In this document: piece after piece, positions 1 to 21,500 of the stretch
Layout of the letters: each line of letters opens with the position of its first letter
How positions within the stretch are numbered: the first letter of the stretch is position 1
DNA from: Phoronis australis
Taxonomy: Eukaryota > Animalia > Phoronida
Assembly (NCBI GenBank): GCA_002633005.1
Contig: NMRA01000459.1
Location: forward strand, 109,047 to 173,046
Length of the DNA: 64,000 bases
Direction: 5' to 3'
The notes under the pieces: model-generated
What the model was told of the DNA's origin: nothing
The model's database searches: none
The model's input: only the letters and a program-made list of their open reading frames with translations
Position numbers and translations under genes: made by a program

Positions 1-24
1 AGTAGTAGCAGTAGCTGTAGTAGC

Positions 25-64
<40 letters not shown>

Positions 65-696
65 TCATCATTATTATTATTATTATTAGTAGTAGTAGTA
101 GCACTAGTGGTAGTGGTAAAAAGTATTAGTATTAGTAGTAGAAGTAGTAGTAATAGTAATAGTAGTAGTAGCAGTAGTAGTAGTAGCAGTAGCTGTAGTA
201 GCAGTAGTAGTAGTGGTAGTAGTAGTAGAAATATCATCATTATTATTTGTAGTAGTAGTAGTAGTAGTAGCACTAGTGGTAGTGGTAAAAAGTATTAGTA
301 TTAGTAGTAGAAGTAGTAGTAATAGTAATAGTAGTAGTAGCAGTAGTAGTAGTAGCAGTAGCTGTAGTAGCAGTAGTAGTAGTGGTAGTAGTAGTAGAAA
401 TATCATCATTATTATTTGTAGTAGTAGTAGTAGTAGTAGCACTAGTGGTAGTGGTAAAAAGTATTAGTATTAGTATTAGTATTAGGAGTAGTAGTATTAG
501 TAACACTAACAGTAGTAGTAGTAGAAAGAGTAATAGTAGTAGTAGCAGTAGCAGTAGCAGCAGTAGTAGTATAGTAGTAATGGTAATAGTAGTAGTAGTT
601 GTAAAAGTAGATGTTTTATTATTATTATTATTATTACTATTGATAGTAGTAGTAGTAGTAGTAGTAGAAGTAGTAGTAAGAGTGGTAGTGGTAGTG

Positions 697-735
<39 letters not shown>

Positions 736-1080
736 ATAGTAAAAGTAGATGTTTTATTATTATTATTATTATCATTAATAGTAGTAGTAGTATTAGTAGT
801 AGTAGTATCACTAGCAGCAGCAGTAGTAGTAGTAGTAGTAGTGGTAGTAGAAGTAGTAGTATTAGTAGTAGTATTAGTAGCAGTAGTAGTATTGGTAACA
901 GTACTAGTTCTAGTAGTAGTAGTAGTAGTAGTAGTTGTAGTAGCACAATTATTAAGAAGTATTATTATTATTGTTAGTAGCATAAATAGTAGTAGTACTA
1001 GTGGTAGTGGTAAAAGTATTAGAATTAGTATTAGGAGTAGTAGTATTAGTAGCAATAGTAGTAGTAGTAGTAGAAAGAGC

Positions 1081-1119
<39 letters not shown>

Positions 1120-1220
1120 TTTAGTAGAATTAGTAGTATAAGTAGTTCTAGTATTAGTAGTATTAGTATTGGTTCTATTAGTGGTGGTGGTGGTAGTGGT
1201 GGAATCAGCAAGAGTAGCAT
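1..1220. repeat. Degenerate (AGT)n/(ATT)n trinucleotide microsatellite with a higher-order 169-bp period
   Basis: Continuous agt/att runs. The block gcactagtggtagtggtaaaaagtattagt recurs at about 101, 270 and 439. It explains the poly-S/V/L/T ORFs. Confidence 0.95.
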
Positions 1221-1499
1221 TACTAGTTGGTCTGAAATCTTTCCTTATTCAAATTAGAATTGATTTCTGGGCTTGAGAAGAATTGCAGACCAAACACATA
1301 AAATGTTAATGAGCTTGGTCTGAAGAAACATCGAACTTTCCAGTTCTTTCCAAACCCATAATTTACACCTATTGTTGACCGAAAGTTTTAATGTTCCTTT
1401 AATCCCTTTACACCGTGGTTATCAATGCTTGAATTCGGTTGACAACAATTTTGGTACGATATCATACGCATTTCTTCTTCAATTTATGTACTTTTAAAC

Positions 1500-2896
1500 A
1501 AGAAATAAACGCGAAAAAAAATTAAAATCTGTGTGACGTCATCAGTGGTTCCGGTCTCCTCCATTGTGTTGTTCTACACCAGCCGCGAGCCGTTGAACGT
1601 CACGAAAACTGAGTTCGACAAAGTATTATGAAAAGTTGCATGCGCGGAGGATGCAGTAATAGCAATCACACACAGACAATATTCCAGTTTTGCGTTTCCA
1701 AAAACCCTAAGTTCGCCCAAAAGTGGCACAGATCCGTGTCAGACGCACTAATCTGGCACAGCACTGTAGAGCAAGCGATCAGTTCAGGGGCCTCGTACGG
1801 TGCACAGCTCATTTTGAAGAATCGTGCTTCAATCCCTGCCAGAAACGAAAATTTGATGGCGGCATCTCCTACGTATAAGTGCACATGTATTATGGACAAA
1901 AAAGCATTGTGTTGCACCATTGCTGGGAACGTAGTTGTCAGACACATATTGAATGTGAGCCATAGCATCACATTGTGACTGTGATAATGAATGTGATTGC
2001 AGTAAGTGTCCATCAGCCTATTCTTGTTCAGGATTTCGCGTGAATGCATGTTATCCACACGTCGTCGGTGCACAACGGTAGATTGATCGAACTGCCACGC
2101 AAATTATTTGAGGTCACGACCGCATCCCGCACGGAGTCTGGAGTAGAACAGTGAACCAAATAGTCGACGAATCACAACGGTACAAAGCTTTCATAATTTT
2201 GGAATAGACAAGACAGAAGCAAGAGTCATTTTTGAAAAAAAAAATCCAGTTAGCATCATTATGATTAGATATAATCGTTCCTGACAAACGCTCTCGGCAT
2301 TCGAAGTAATGAAATCAGTGTGCGCTACATGTATTTGCGACTGGGCTTTGACTGTCAGGGTAAAAATTTCGATTAGATTTACTGTAAGTTCGAGATTCAT
2401 ATTACTCGACACTAAAGTGGTTAGGAAATTAAATCGTGATTCAATAAAAGCCTTTAATTACCAATCTGAAATGAGGAGTGTGAACAGAATCTGTCGGCTC
2501 TGACTCGGCTTTACTCGCCGAAGACGCCGGGTCAAGTTCGTACGTCCTCAAACACGCAGAGCCTGCCCATGTGACAAGGTCTAACTCATCACCTGTGTCT
2601 CCTATGGCCTGAGTGTCATCTTCACCCCCATCCCCATGACAGTCTGTCACAATGCTTGTCAAGCTCGCTCTCTATATCTTCGTAACTTACAAATCACTAG
2701 AAGCCGCCATTGTATGAATTGATCCACGTCTTCCACCGATGACATCACACAGTGGGAAATCAAAACATCGTTACTTTTTTCTTAAATTACAAAATTCCTT
2801 AATCATTTCCATTATAAGAGCTTATTCAGTAAGATTTCTTGTTACAAAGTTATCATACCTCAAAAAGTGCACAAAAATCATTGTGGAACGCTTTAA
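1500..2896. mobile_element. Decayed DNA transposon (Kolobok-like) carrying a frameshifted THAP zinc-finger remnant, inside an SLC3 intron
   Basis: + strand from 1628 reads MKSCMRGGCSNSN...FQF...NPKFAQKW and, in another frame at about 1796-1831, VRCTAHFEESCF (THAP C2CH motifs). The right end ...gaacgctttaa (2896) reads ttaaagcgttc on the minus strand, identical to the start of the element at 42182. Left boundary not resolved. Confidence 0.6.
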
Positions 2897-2931
2897 TCTT
2901 ATCCAGTATACGTTAACATTATTTCACATAC

Positions 2932-10036
<7,105 letters not shown>

Positions 10037-12739
10037 TTTGGTCTGTTCTGGAATTGAACAGGCGCAACAACAGATATTAATCTAGACCGACATGAATTAA
10101 CCGGAGGTGATCTCGATAAGTGACACACACGACATGATGCACAGTGCGGTAGCACAATAAACATTGTGCATGTTTGAGGAACCTGTGATTTTATCTGATA
10201 TTCAGTTTGTCTCTATAAAGCCCTTCTTTCGGCAAACATGTATCTCACTATTCCCGTCGATGCGGAGTAGAAGACATCTCGAGTGCAAAATGGTGCAGTA
10301 CCATTCAGGTAGTGTCAATGCGGACAATCCTTCTGTTATACAATTTGGACAAATATTTCCACATTTGCTTGTTGGCATAAATTTTATACATCAGCGTATC
10401 AAAACACTTTTAAGTGATATGTTCTCTTTTCATCTTAATACCAAGATTAATGCTAACACGATGTCGCTATAAGATATGCACATCTCGACTACCAGTTCTT
10501 ACCTCTGTTCTGTAAAATGTCTGCCTGAGTAAGGGGCGTCACCACTAGTCATCTTAACCTAGGTACATTATGGGCTTATCTAAAAGTGACTGCCTCGCTA
10601 GCATACTGATAAGGTGTCCACACTTGTAACGTGCTTAATTTATGTCACACTGTAACAAGCACGCAATTGATCGACTTGCTTGCATTCCGTGAATTTTTGT
10701 GAATCGTGAGCCTGCATGGGCAACATCGTACATTGTAATTATCTGCAAATCTGCATGAGTTGGCTGTTGGTAAATTGATCGAGTGACTACATTCACAACA
10801 GAATCCCGTTGTGTACACGATCAAGAGTAGGTTAGTTATTGAGGCCTATGCGGTCATTCCGTCTTACTGGCCAGTTAGGCCACAAAAATGCAATCCAACA
10901 ATATCTATTTTTCAATCATTTATTGAAAATTAAACAATTTAAAACAAAAATGGCAAAAAGTGAAAACATGAAACACGATTACAATATTGGTACACATTTA
11001 CCCCTGTTCGTCAATGCATAAATGAAACCCTAACTATTCCCACTTTTTATGAAATTAACAAACTTTTTTTCTTCGTTGGGGCTATATATTTTCACTATAG
11101 ATAATAATCCCTAACAAAATTCAAAAAGGCTTTAACGCACCAGCGTTTACCTTGGAATTTATATTTATTATTTTGCAATTGTTCAGTTTAGTCGGCGGCT
11201 GCAAAGTGCGCAGTGTATTCTTTACTCAGTCGATCACCAATAGGTGTCTCTACTCGTTTAAAAGTATTTACAAGACAATCATACTGTAGTATTTCGCCAC
11301 GTGGAATAAATGCCCTTAATAAATTAAAAGATAAGTACACTTTAAACCTTTTTTAATAAACGATGCCGTCTCCCTACTTCCGACTCGTCGTTACCCAGAT
11401 CATGGTTAAGTGTATTTTCATTTCGAATTAAAAAGTCGAGGGTCTTAAAAATCAATTTCAACATAGTTTACCAATGTTTTGAAGTTTTCGTTTTAAAAAT
11501 TACCACAGTCGTGCGATGAACAGAAGACTATTTTTCAGCAGCAAACGCGATCCAGTCTCTCAATAACTTTTTACACTCACAACGTGGTGTGAGCGAGTCT
11601 GAAGTATTTTAATACCGTTGAAAAGTACCCAGGGCATAAAACTGGCCTGATTTGAGATATCTCAAACATGCAATATGAACTCAACCTTTAAATTTACAAT
11701 TTTCATATTACATGAATCTCTCCCTATTCTTTAAGTAACTTTACCAGTTTCAGTTCACAATTTGTCGGGTCAAATATTAATCGAGACTAGACACTGGTAG
11801 TTTTATTCAAATCAAAATACGCAACCTGTCATATCTAATCAGCTCGCTAAATGTCACAAGTGTAAAATCAGGGCGCTCAATTATCCAAGAGGAAAGGTGC
11901 CTTGCTAATTTTTTTAGGTCAACATCATTTCAATGACCATGTGACCGGCTATAGGGGGAGCCATGTCCAAACTTTTTATATCGTAATAACACCCATGTTG
12001 GCTGACATTCCCTCCAACCTAATAGGTTGCTTTATGATCTTGGAATGTTGATAATTTGTTGTTTTTTTTGCTAAGGCAGAACTCTTTTCTTATAGTACAT
12101 TTATGAAAAGGACCTTTAAAACTCTAGTGTGAACCTAGAAATGTTGCATATTGGAATACGACCGTTTTGCTCATACTTGTGCTTGTGGATAGGCCATTTG
12201 TGTAAGGGCTCTGTATGTTCTCATTTTGCGTGCGGATTTCTTGCATACTTTGCAAATAGTCACTAGGTACTATAAATCTCGACTTCTACTGTGTTTCCTT
12301 TTTTCTTTGAATTGAGCGCACTGAGCAGTTTTGAAGGCCAATCGTTCAATTTACTTTTCAGTTTTTACGTTTCATCTGTTCTCTGGCTTCGCACCATTTG
12401 GATCTCATTATTAAGGTTCCATCTCAGGCGGCAAATCTTGTTAGCGTAAGATTTGCCTAATGAATGTGCAGTCTACAGACGAAATGGTCGAACTACGACA
12501 ACTATTAGTTGTAATANCAGGACTCAATGTATCTTGAAGCTCTCAAAAGAGAAGAGTAAAATTAATGCAGTTGAGAAACCACTTAAAATTGTGAGAAGAC
12601 AATGAAGTTGCATTCGAAAAGACATAAAAAATATATTCTAGAGTACATGTCTACGTTTCGTTACATGGCACAGTAATGCAATTCACGAATCTACAAAAAC
12701 AAGACCATATCCTCAACAAATTCACAAATCTGTATCACC

Positions 12740-13760
12740 AGTGCTCAACACGGTCGAAAATCTCCGCTGGAAAATCGGAGTGACGGCGTATGTGCACTCG
12801 CGTGTGTATACCAGGACTTGGCTTCGTAAAGGATCGTGTACAAAAAAAACGTCGAAACTCCGTGTTTGAATGTGGCATTCGTATTTTTACGTTTCTTAAA
12901 CGTTTTTCCGAGCGCTTTACTCGTAAATTTCACGTCGTTTGGCTACGAGCGTAGCCAGTGGTCGCCGGGGACATCGTAGTTGTTACGTCTTCTGCAGTGC
13001 ATTTTAAGCGGACGCTTTGTTGAATTGAAACTTACCAGGTTAAAAGTCAATCACTGTCTTTCATAGTACGCTACAAGAAATTTATACTTAAAAAGAACCA
13101 TTCTTTTCTCGCAGTTTAAGAGTCAAATCCCCGGCCAGGTTCACAGCCGAAGTAACAGGTGCTGTGCACGTGACTGGCTGACCTACTTTTCTCCATATAC
13201 GGCACGCAGTGCCACACACTGAGGATAAACTCGAATCGCCCAATAATCATGGAATTCCACAATAAGTTGAAGTATTTCGAGGCATTTATTTTCATTCTAA
13301 GTTATTCAATGAATGCGTAACCAACATTACACACCACATTTTTTCTCTTAAAGTTTGCTCTGCATTCTCGCGCATCAATTATAAGTCGTTCGGCCGTGCG
13401 GATTTTTTTGATATTTTTTCATTCATTCGTTAGAGTTGCAACGGAGCTATGCGAACAAATTAAGGAAGTTTGCGCCAAGTTTTATCTGGTTTGCATGTTC
13501 AACGACATTGATGGCATTTGTACGGCAGGTCAGTGCTAGAATTTTGTCGGGCTATCATTTTGTTTTTTCGAAGTGTACGTTCTCCGTCGGCTATTTCAAA
13601 TTGGCTGCTCCGTCGAATATATCGAGTGCCGCTTCAACTTCCGCGTCGGCAACTAGCATTAGGGGTACGGCAAATCCTTTGAACTTCGGGTGTCGGTTCT
13701 TCAATTTCAAAGATTAAGTGTCCATGTACAGGTAGTTAGCGCTGGATGCAATATTTCTCG
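12740..13760. promoter_or_regulatory. Candidate CpG-rich promoter region with non-coding first exons between the divergent genes
   Basis: Visibly CpG-dense. Minus-strand donor CTG|gtaagt at 13035 and plus-strand donor CAG|gtagtt at 13732; ETS-like acttccg near 13638. Both genes' ATG exons are preceded by acceptor sites. Confidence 0.4.
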
Positions 13761-15190
13761 ACACTAGTCGTGCGGGGGATTCCGTATGAAGCCACCTTGA
13801 CGTCACAGAATAGGAAGGTATTCCCAAACTGCCAAAGATGGCTGCCAGTATTTGCCGATCGTCATTGTGACATTTATTGTAAAAATAGACGGCAAAAGTT
13901 TATAATGTCGAGTTATTTCTTAATATTGAGCTAATTTAAACAATAAATTGTAGGTTTCAATGAAATTTATTAATAATAAATGTTAAAATTCTTCGTTTAG
14001 CCTTCATTTTCGCCCATGTTGTTTTGAAACAGGCCGTCTTTTTTCCGTCTTGGCCGTGCCGTTCAAAGCCGTCATTTTTTTAAAAGGGCCGTCCCAAGGA
14101 CGGCCAGGACGGCCGCTAGATGAGTCCCTGTCCTAGCGTAGGTCCCAGTGTTACTGAATGCACGCCAGGTTTGTGCCTGGAATACGCCCTACGTCGTAGG
14201 GACGGGAGCTTATTTCGATGTTTCGAAACATACCAGTTACATGTTCTATACTTGAAGAAGGAAGTGGAATGGCTGCATGTTCTTCTGCAGCTTGTAATGC
14301 AGCTGAAGTCCTGTTGTGGTTGTCAATGTATGCTTCCACTTCGTGAAACCAGTCAATGAATGATCCTAATGTTAGATTGGGCAGAAACCATTCACAGTAA
14401 CTAGTAATGTGTGATGTAGTGGCCACATTGATAACTATGACAAGACTTCTGTTGGAACGTCTTGTGTCATTAGGTAATTTTAACTGACCAGAATGAGAGT
14501 GGTGGCCACTGGGGGTGGTCCATCATGAACAGAAATAGATCAGTTATGGTTATGGTATTGTTCTCCACATTAAGCAAATCTTATGCTAACAGGATTTGCA
14601 CGCAAGTGGACAAGAAAACATGCACCGTTTATCCCTGAGTATCCAACAAATTCCTTGACACATCCAAGGCTTGATGGCGCCGCTACGGATTGAAGTGAGC
14701 TAGTCACTTTCATGGGCTTGGATGAACATGTTGTATGAGATAATTGTGTTGTAAACCAACACATCTGTTTAGTACGAGTTCCAAAGTTGAAAAATGACAA
14801 TAAGTAAAGTCAAGTGACCAACATGACAGTTTTTAAAATCGAAGAGTAAATAGTAGCCATCTTTGAATTTTTAAAATCTACGCAATATCAGAGAAATTAG
14901 CAAATAGGTTTTCTTTAGCATTGCGGCTAATCCATGAGCATTAATTCGTGAATCGATTATGATGGATTAGTTGCAGTCTGGCTTAGGTTCGCTTAGGCAC
15001 TGGGGTAACAAAACCCAAATGTTAGTGTAGATTTTGTCTCATGAAATAGTCCCGAGTTGGGAACAGTCTTTCCTGTTCAACAGTGATGAACAGGTTTGAG
15101 AGTCGGGCACTGAGGAGAACAATTTATAGCTATTTATTTATTTCAGAAGACTCATATATTAGTCAAACAAATTATGAAGCTATTGATGAA

Positions 15191-15262
15191 GGTGTCACTT
15201 GGTGCACCAAGGTATCACATGCTGCACCAAGGTATCATATGGTGCACCAAAGGTATCACATG
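15191..15262. repeat. About 20-bp minisatellite, 3-4 copies
   Basis: ggtgcaccaaggtatcacat repeated. Confidence 0.8.
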
Positions 15263-15352
15263 CGAACTGGAACAAGGGCAATTTTCACACTTTACAGTGT
15301 AAAGAGCCGGGTTGGCTTTATATGGCACAACGATATTTTCTTCTTATTTCAG

Positions 15353-15545
15353 ATGTCAACTCAATCGGAATTGGAGTTGCTCCCCATTGATATACACTAC
15401 AACAAACTGTCTGATTGGCTGATCAGTCGGCGACACTGCCAACAACAATGGCAAGCAGCTGCACTCACAATTCGAGAGAAGATTAATGAAGCCATACAGG
15501 ACATGCCTCCCGTTGAGTACATCACACAACTTCTCCAGGGAACAT
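15353..15545 (+). CDS. CDK5RAP3: CDK5RAP3 coding exon 1
   Basis: ttatttcag|ATG; MSTQSELELLPIDIHYNKLSDWL...LLQGT; T|gtagg. Confidence 0.93.
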
Positions 15546-18500
15546 GTAGGCAAATAGTAATAGTTATTACTGTTTATTGGCAAAACCCATTATGTAGATT
15601 GGTGTTCTCTTTAACTGTATTGCGACCACAATTTTCTACGCATTGCTACTACAAAGCTACTGGATTGCTGTCCGAATGGGAGGACAACAAAGAGAATGTG
15701 TTTAAATTGTTTAGCCAATCCTTGTTCTACCACCTGTTAATGCATTATTGACGTCCCACTTGAGTGGTAAAAGCATTATCTTTTCAACACAGATAGGATA
15801 TTATGGTTCTTGATAGGTGGTCTTTACCTACAGTTGTGTTACTTGCTTGAAAGTTTTGATGGTTTCAAGGGTTATATAGCATTATTTTGTTCCAGAGAAC
15901 TAGATGGGAACGTCATTTTTAATATCAGATTCTGTTAATAGGCCAAACCGGTTTGGTATCCTTTTAAGGAGAACTTAGTGTTAATTCTAAGATATCAATG
16001 TGGGTTGATTTGCTGCATATATTTTAACGATAACATTTTTGACCCCTGTGTAGGTCAGATTTGGCCAATTTCAAAGTAAGTTGTTTTAATAATGGAGTGT
16101 TTATTTAGCCAGACATAACATTCTATTACCTGACACAATAACCACAGAAAAGAAAGTGCTAAACATGCCTTATTTAATGACACTATTTTTTGTAACCATC
16201 ACCTAATTAAGTGATGGCACTGGACGGCCAAAGGTAATTATATTCATATTGCCCAAACAGTGCACAATATACCACTGACTTGTGGCATGATAACACTATT
16301 TGTTTGTTGCTTGTTTCCAGATATCAACTACTTCCATTGCCTACGCATTGTTGAGTTGTTGAAAGAAACCGAGAAAGGAACAAAGAACATATTTGGTAGT
16401 TATTCATCTAAGCGAATGAAGGTTTGTAGTTCTCAGTAGGCATTTCTTCATCCAGTCCTATATTCAGTAGTAACTCATGTCTTCAGGAAGGTGCTCAAAT
16501 GATAGCATTTTTTGCTGTTTAGCCGTATTACTTAATGTGGTCAATTTTTTGTCACTAGCCTTCATCAAAGGGTAATTTCTCACCACGCCACTGTCATAAT
16601 TATCTGAATTTGTTTTTCAGGACTGGCAAGAAATTGTGAAACTTTATGAAACCAATGGAGTGGGTCTTGGTAAGAGAGTCTTCCATATGTAGTAACTATG
16701 GTCATCCCTTTGGTCAGTCACAATTGTTAGCATACTGCCGATAAAGGTTCCCTGGTTCTCACAGAACTTTAAAGCACTTGAATTTGACCATCAGCCTCGG
16801 AAAGTACTTCTGAATATTGTTTCTGTTGTATTAGTTAGACTTTTTATTGATAAGTTTTCATCAAGAGTGCACAGAGCCAGCTGAAGGTACAGATCACTTT
16901 TGTTTACCTGAGAAATCCTGCCCAAACATTACTGAAAATTTGGCACCAAGACAGAAGAAATGAATCTGTAAATTTTGATGAGAGCGATCACATACAAATA
17001 CGTTTTTGAATTTGGGTTGGAGAGTAGTTGAAAAGTAATGGGAAACGATGGGATCCTCAAAACTGGCAGCTACCTTCACTTCTTGGAGGTGTTGTTGTGT
17101 GAACGTATTGTTTTGCCCATATTATGTAACACCAACTTGTCTCTTTAATGAAACAGAACATGTCATTATCTGTTGCTAAAAAGCGTCATTTTGAATTCCG
17201 TTGAGGGTTCGTCACGTTAATGAAACAGAACATGGCATTTTCTCACATGACCTGAAATGTGTTACAACACGACTGGTTGATAACAGCTAGTACGTATTTT
17301 TTTTGATATGACATGGACAAATCACAAAGTAGTCCAAAGTGGAAATCCAAACGCGTCGCATTTTATCGTCTACAAAACACCAAATGTGTTCCAACCAAAC
17401 AATGCCGGAATTCCGAGAAGGTGGCAAGGTTATGATTGACAAATCGGATGTCGCAACTGTACATACTCCTTGTCGGAAGGACATACAAACAACTTCTTAA
17501 ATGGACCCATCTCCAGCGGCGCAAGCTTTTTTTTACAAAAGTTGGGTCTTGTGGTTGAAAGTTTTATACACGTCAAGTTTTTCTACAAAAGATCATTTTT
17601 ACGGTTCATGTGAGAAAAAGGCCTCAGGATTTTAACGAAATTTCCTAGAGGTTTTGCTCATGTCATAAACCTAAGACTCGTGTACAATTCTCTACATCTG
17701 TTGCCAAAGACCATCATTTTGAATTCCACTGAGGGTTCGTCTCTTTAATGCGGCACAACATGGCATTATCTGTTGGCAAAGAGCATAATTTTGAATTCCC
17801 CCAATTGTTCAGCCATGACTAGGAATTCTGGGTCATTTTGCTCAACTATTTTGGGATGCTCTTAGTACTATGGTTTTGTATGTCACCATAATGATGAATC
17901 AGCAAAGCATGAACAACTTGGTGTCCCGAGGTATTGAATTCTAAAAAGCGTAGTTTATTCAGTGTATTTCATTGGACTGTAAATGCTATTATTTGACAGT
18001 GTTTCTATATGCTTGCTAATGTAACGTAACATGTGAAAATGTCAGTGTCTGAAGTTTTATTTCAGCCGAAGCTGCTCAGATGTTGACGCGCTATGTCAAC
18101 TATGAAATTCCTTCAGTGAAGAAACAGATAAGTCGGTGTAAACAGCAACAAAAGGTTTGTGCTGTGAAGGGACACTACAACAGCGACCTCCGATTGTGTT
18201 TGGCCACCAGGGAAAAATCGGAAGTCGCCACAAAGTCGCCACTGTGACTATCTATCAAAGTCAGACAATAATTCCTCTAAATTTGGTTCAAAGTTCGTAT
18301 TGACTTCCAAACTTTAAATTTGCCAACAGTTTTCCTAGATTCATTACACCTTTGATTCACAACTGTTCCGTTAATTTCATGAAATCCGTGCATTTGCCAC
18401 AACACCAGTCAGCTCTCATCAAATGCAATTAAATTACAACATGAAGTAAGCAGACGGCAAAAAGGGGGGAAGATCAGTGCGATATGCGACAGCAGCGTAT

Positions 18501-21500
18501 GTGATCATGTGCGTTCTTGGTTCGTTCGTTGGCAGGAGGAATTTATTGAATGAATGGAATGAATGGGGTACGTTAATTTTACGAGGAGAAATTGTAGAGG
18601 TACATGACTTTTGTGTACTTATAAGTTACTGAGAATGGGGCTCATTACAACCGCACAGTCATTTTTTTTTTCTTTTTTTAGTCAAAGATTTTACGCCAGA
18701 TTGGCAACCTCAGATTTCATTCGACGACCTGGGAGTTTTAGTTTTGACGACCTCAAATTTGGTTCGGCAGCCTGGGATTTTTGTCATGTTGCCAAATGCG
18801 ACTTGGGGTTAAGCTAAGCATTGACTGCTGTGTGAGATACTCTGTTGTCTCCTGTTATATTGTTCAGTAGTACTTACTTTTGTTAAAGCCTGCTTTTGTA
18901 ATTATCTGGTCAATGTATAGATCACTGATATTTAGCTTGTAAGGCAGTCATAAAATTGACATTTTCGTGTTTTTAAATGTACAGTTAGTTGCTTTTAATA
19001 AGTAACATAACAACTGTTAGCGTATTAATAATAGAAAGTCACTTACTTGATATTTTTTCCAAGCTTGAATTTCCTTGTTCCCTCATCAAACATTGCTCGG
19101 TTAAAATGAAAAAAATATTACTTATGGAGAAAGCTGGCTTGTTGCATGATCCTGAAAAAAGTGTGTTTTGACGTTTAGTTCCAAGTTGGTAGAACTTGAT
19201 GCCATGGTAACCATCCTTATGCAGGCTTGAACATGGTGGTCAGTAACACAATTCAACTTGACTATCTTTAAATAATCCCATCACAAAGCACAATGAACAC
19301 ATCCCATGATGTGTTAATGAACACATCCCCATCCCATGATGTGTTTCTTTGTGACTGCATACCTTGTGCAGCACTCTCAAATTTACAAAAATAAAGATGC
19401 CTGTCATATTGCTAGCAAGGATATGCAACAATGGTGAGGACGTTTGGAAAAGGTAGGTCCAAAAAACTGTTGTCCAAAACATGATGTTGATAATGAATAA
19501 TATTGCCAAGCTTGAATAAGGTTGCTAATATTGATAGTTGATTTCCATGTAGTACTGCTAACTGTAGTTACTTTTGGATGTGGATGGTTTGGAAGTGGAA
19601 GTAATATCTGGTGGAAAAGTTGAATTTGTCTAGTATACCGTGCCCCTTAAAATTCATAGCTTACCATGGGCCTGTGGAATTATGTGGTAAGTATGACCAG
19701 TCAAATACGTTAGGAAATGGACCGAGTTATAATAAATGGATTTTATTTTGTGTGAGTGTGCTTCTACGCATTTAATTTCTCCATTACATTCAGGATTGTA
19801 CGCGTAAGGAAGGTGAATACTCCAGTCTGGCATCGGAGATGAAGGCAAAGTTCCAAGCATCTTGTAAAGAAATGGGGATAGAGGTAAAAGTAGTTTGTAG
19901 TTGTTAGAGTGTTACTGGGAGTGATGGTGTTGGAACACAACGTTACAGAATTTTTTACGTTCTATTGTGTATTTGTACATTTGTTATAATATTTCCGTTA
20001 GATTTCTTGCAGTAGGTGAGTGAAAATGTTGCAAGCCTATTACCATGGGACATAATTGGTGCATTCTACAAGTTCACTCATACACAGGACCCCAACCCAA
20101 GCATCATCCACGAAGTGACACAAATAGAACGAAAAAATTTAAACTCAACATAAATTAGTTGAGTCAGCATTAGCCGGCATAGCAGAGGATGTATAATCCA
20201 GTCCATGCTTATGAATCTGAGACTGGTTTCCATTCAATATCATCATTTTGACACTGAGCTTTTGTCCATTAAACCATTGAATGTCTCGCCGGTGCAAAAT
20301 AATTCACATTGCTGTAAATGCGGACACAATAAAATGAATAAAGCTTACCATTTCTCCATCCACTTATATAAGCATGCCCTGGCACTTTGCTGTTTTAGAA
20401 AACTAGTACCAAGGTCATTGCCTGGTATCCGACTGTATTTAATTGCTGTGCGAATGTTGGTCATCAAGCGAGAGCGAGGTACGAGAAGGAGACAAAATGG
20501 TTGAGTTTAATGGGGGGGGGGGGGGNCGACAACCAGCGGCAGCACCTATACGAGGTCTCGCTATCGATGAAGCAAGAAATCGGCATTACCAAGACTCCTA
20601 GCCCCCTTACACAGTTGAACATTTTGTTGCGGTAAAAAAATGGTTTCAGGGGGGGAGTGACGGACATGGAATGGAACATTCGCTTGCTATTTTAGGACTT
20701 GGAATCGAAGTAAGAATGTCGTTTGCGGCACCACTTGATTCCACCTGCGAGTAGTGTTCCTAAAATTAATTTTTATTGTCACGCTGCAAAAGCATTTGAT
20801 AAGTTGGCGAATGGACTTAACTCTACCATCGCCAGTGGCGAGCTGGCGAGCGTCTAGCATGAGCTGGCTACACATAGACAATACTACCGACCCTGTTTCC
20901 GATGGATTTAAACTACATTAGACCCCCTAGTGACCTTCCTATTATTTTTGTGTCGTTTCTGTTCTGCGTCCCTATCCACCAAACTTTGTGAAGAATCATG
21001 GCAGAGGTTGGTAGACTTAAGCATTTATGACTTGCAGCGTTTGGAGGCTTTTGTTAAACATTGCTTCATTTAGTGGGAATGTTTGTAATAACAATGATCA
21101 TCCCTTACGCAGTGCTCTAGTAGGGCGTAGGCGCACGTAGACGTAACCAACCACTTTTTGGCATTTGAACGTAGCACTTACACACTGTAAGTTACGTTCA
21201 GTGCTCAAGGTGATACGGTGAGCTTTGGGTGCCTACTTACCTCTGATTTTACCACTACAGCACTGTCCTTATGTGGGCACTGTATGTGATGTACACGTTG
21301 AATGCATATCAAGGTTCTGGATTGCTCACATTGCTTTTCAGACTGTCAGAAAAAAATGATTCAAGCTCTCAAAGAAGGCATGCTTGCGGTTGTGTCAGTT
21401 TTCTACTGTAATATGTCTTAGAGTCGAGACTTCACGTAGCTGGAACCCTTTTTCACCTCCACCACCTGTAATGAAGCCTCCTTGTTGTTACTAATACATT

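Noticed and set aside
53-1257. Long ORFs (up to 315 aa) of poly-S/V/L/T
   Set aside because: Translations of the AGT microsatellite, with no splice or homology support.
15083-15352. 90-aa N-terminal extension of the CDK5RAP3 ORF
   Set aside because: Runs through a minisatellite and a polypyrimidine/AG acceptor; homology starts at the ATG at 15353.
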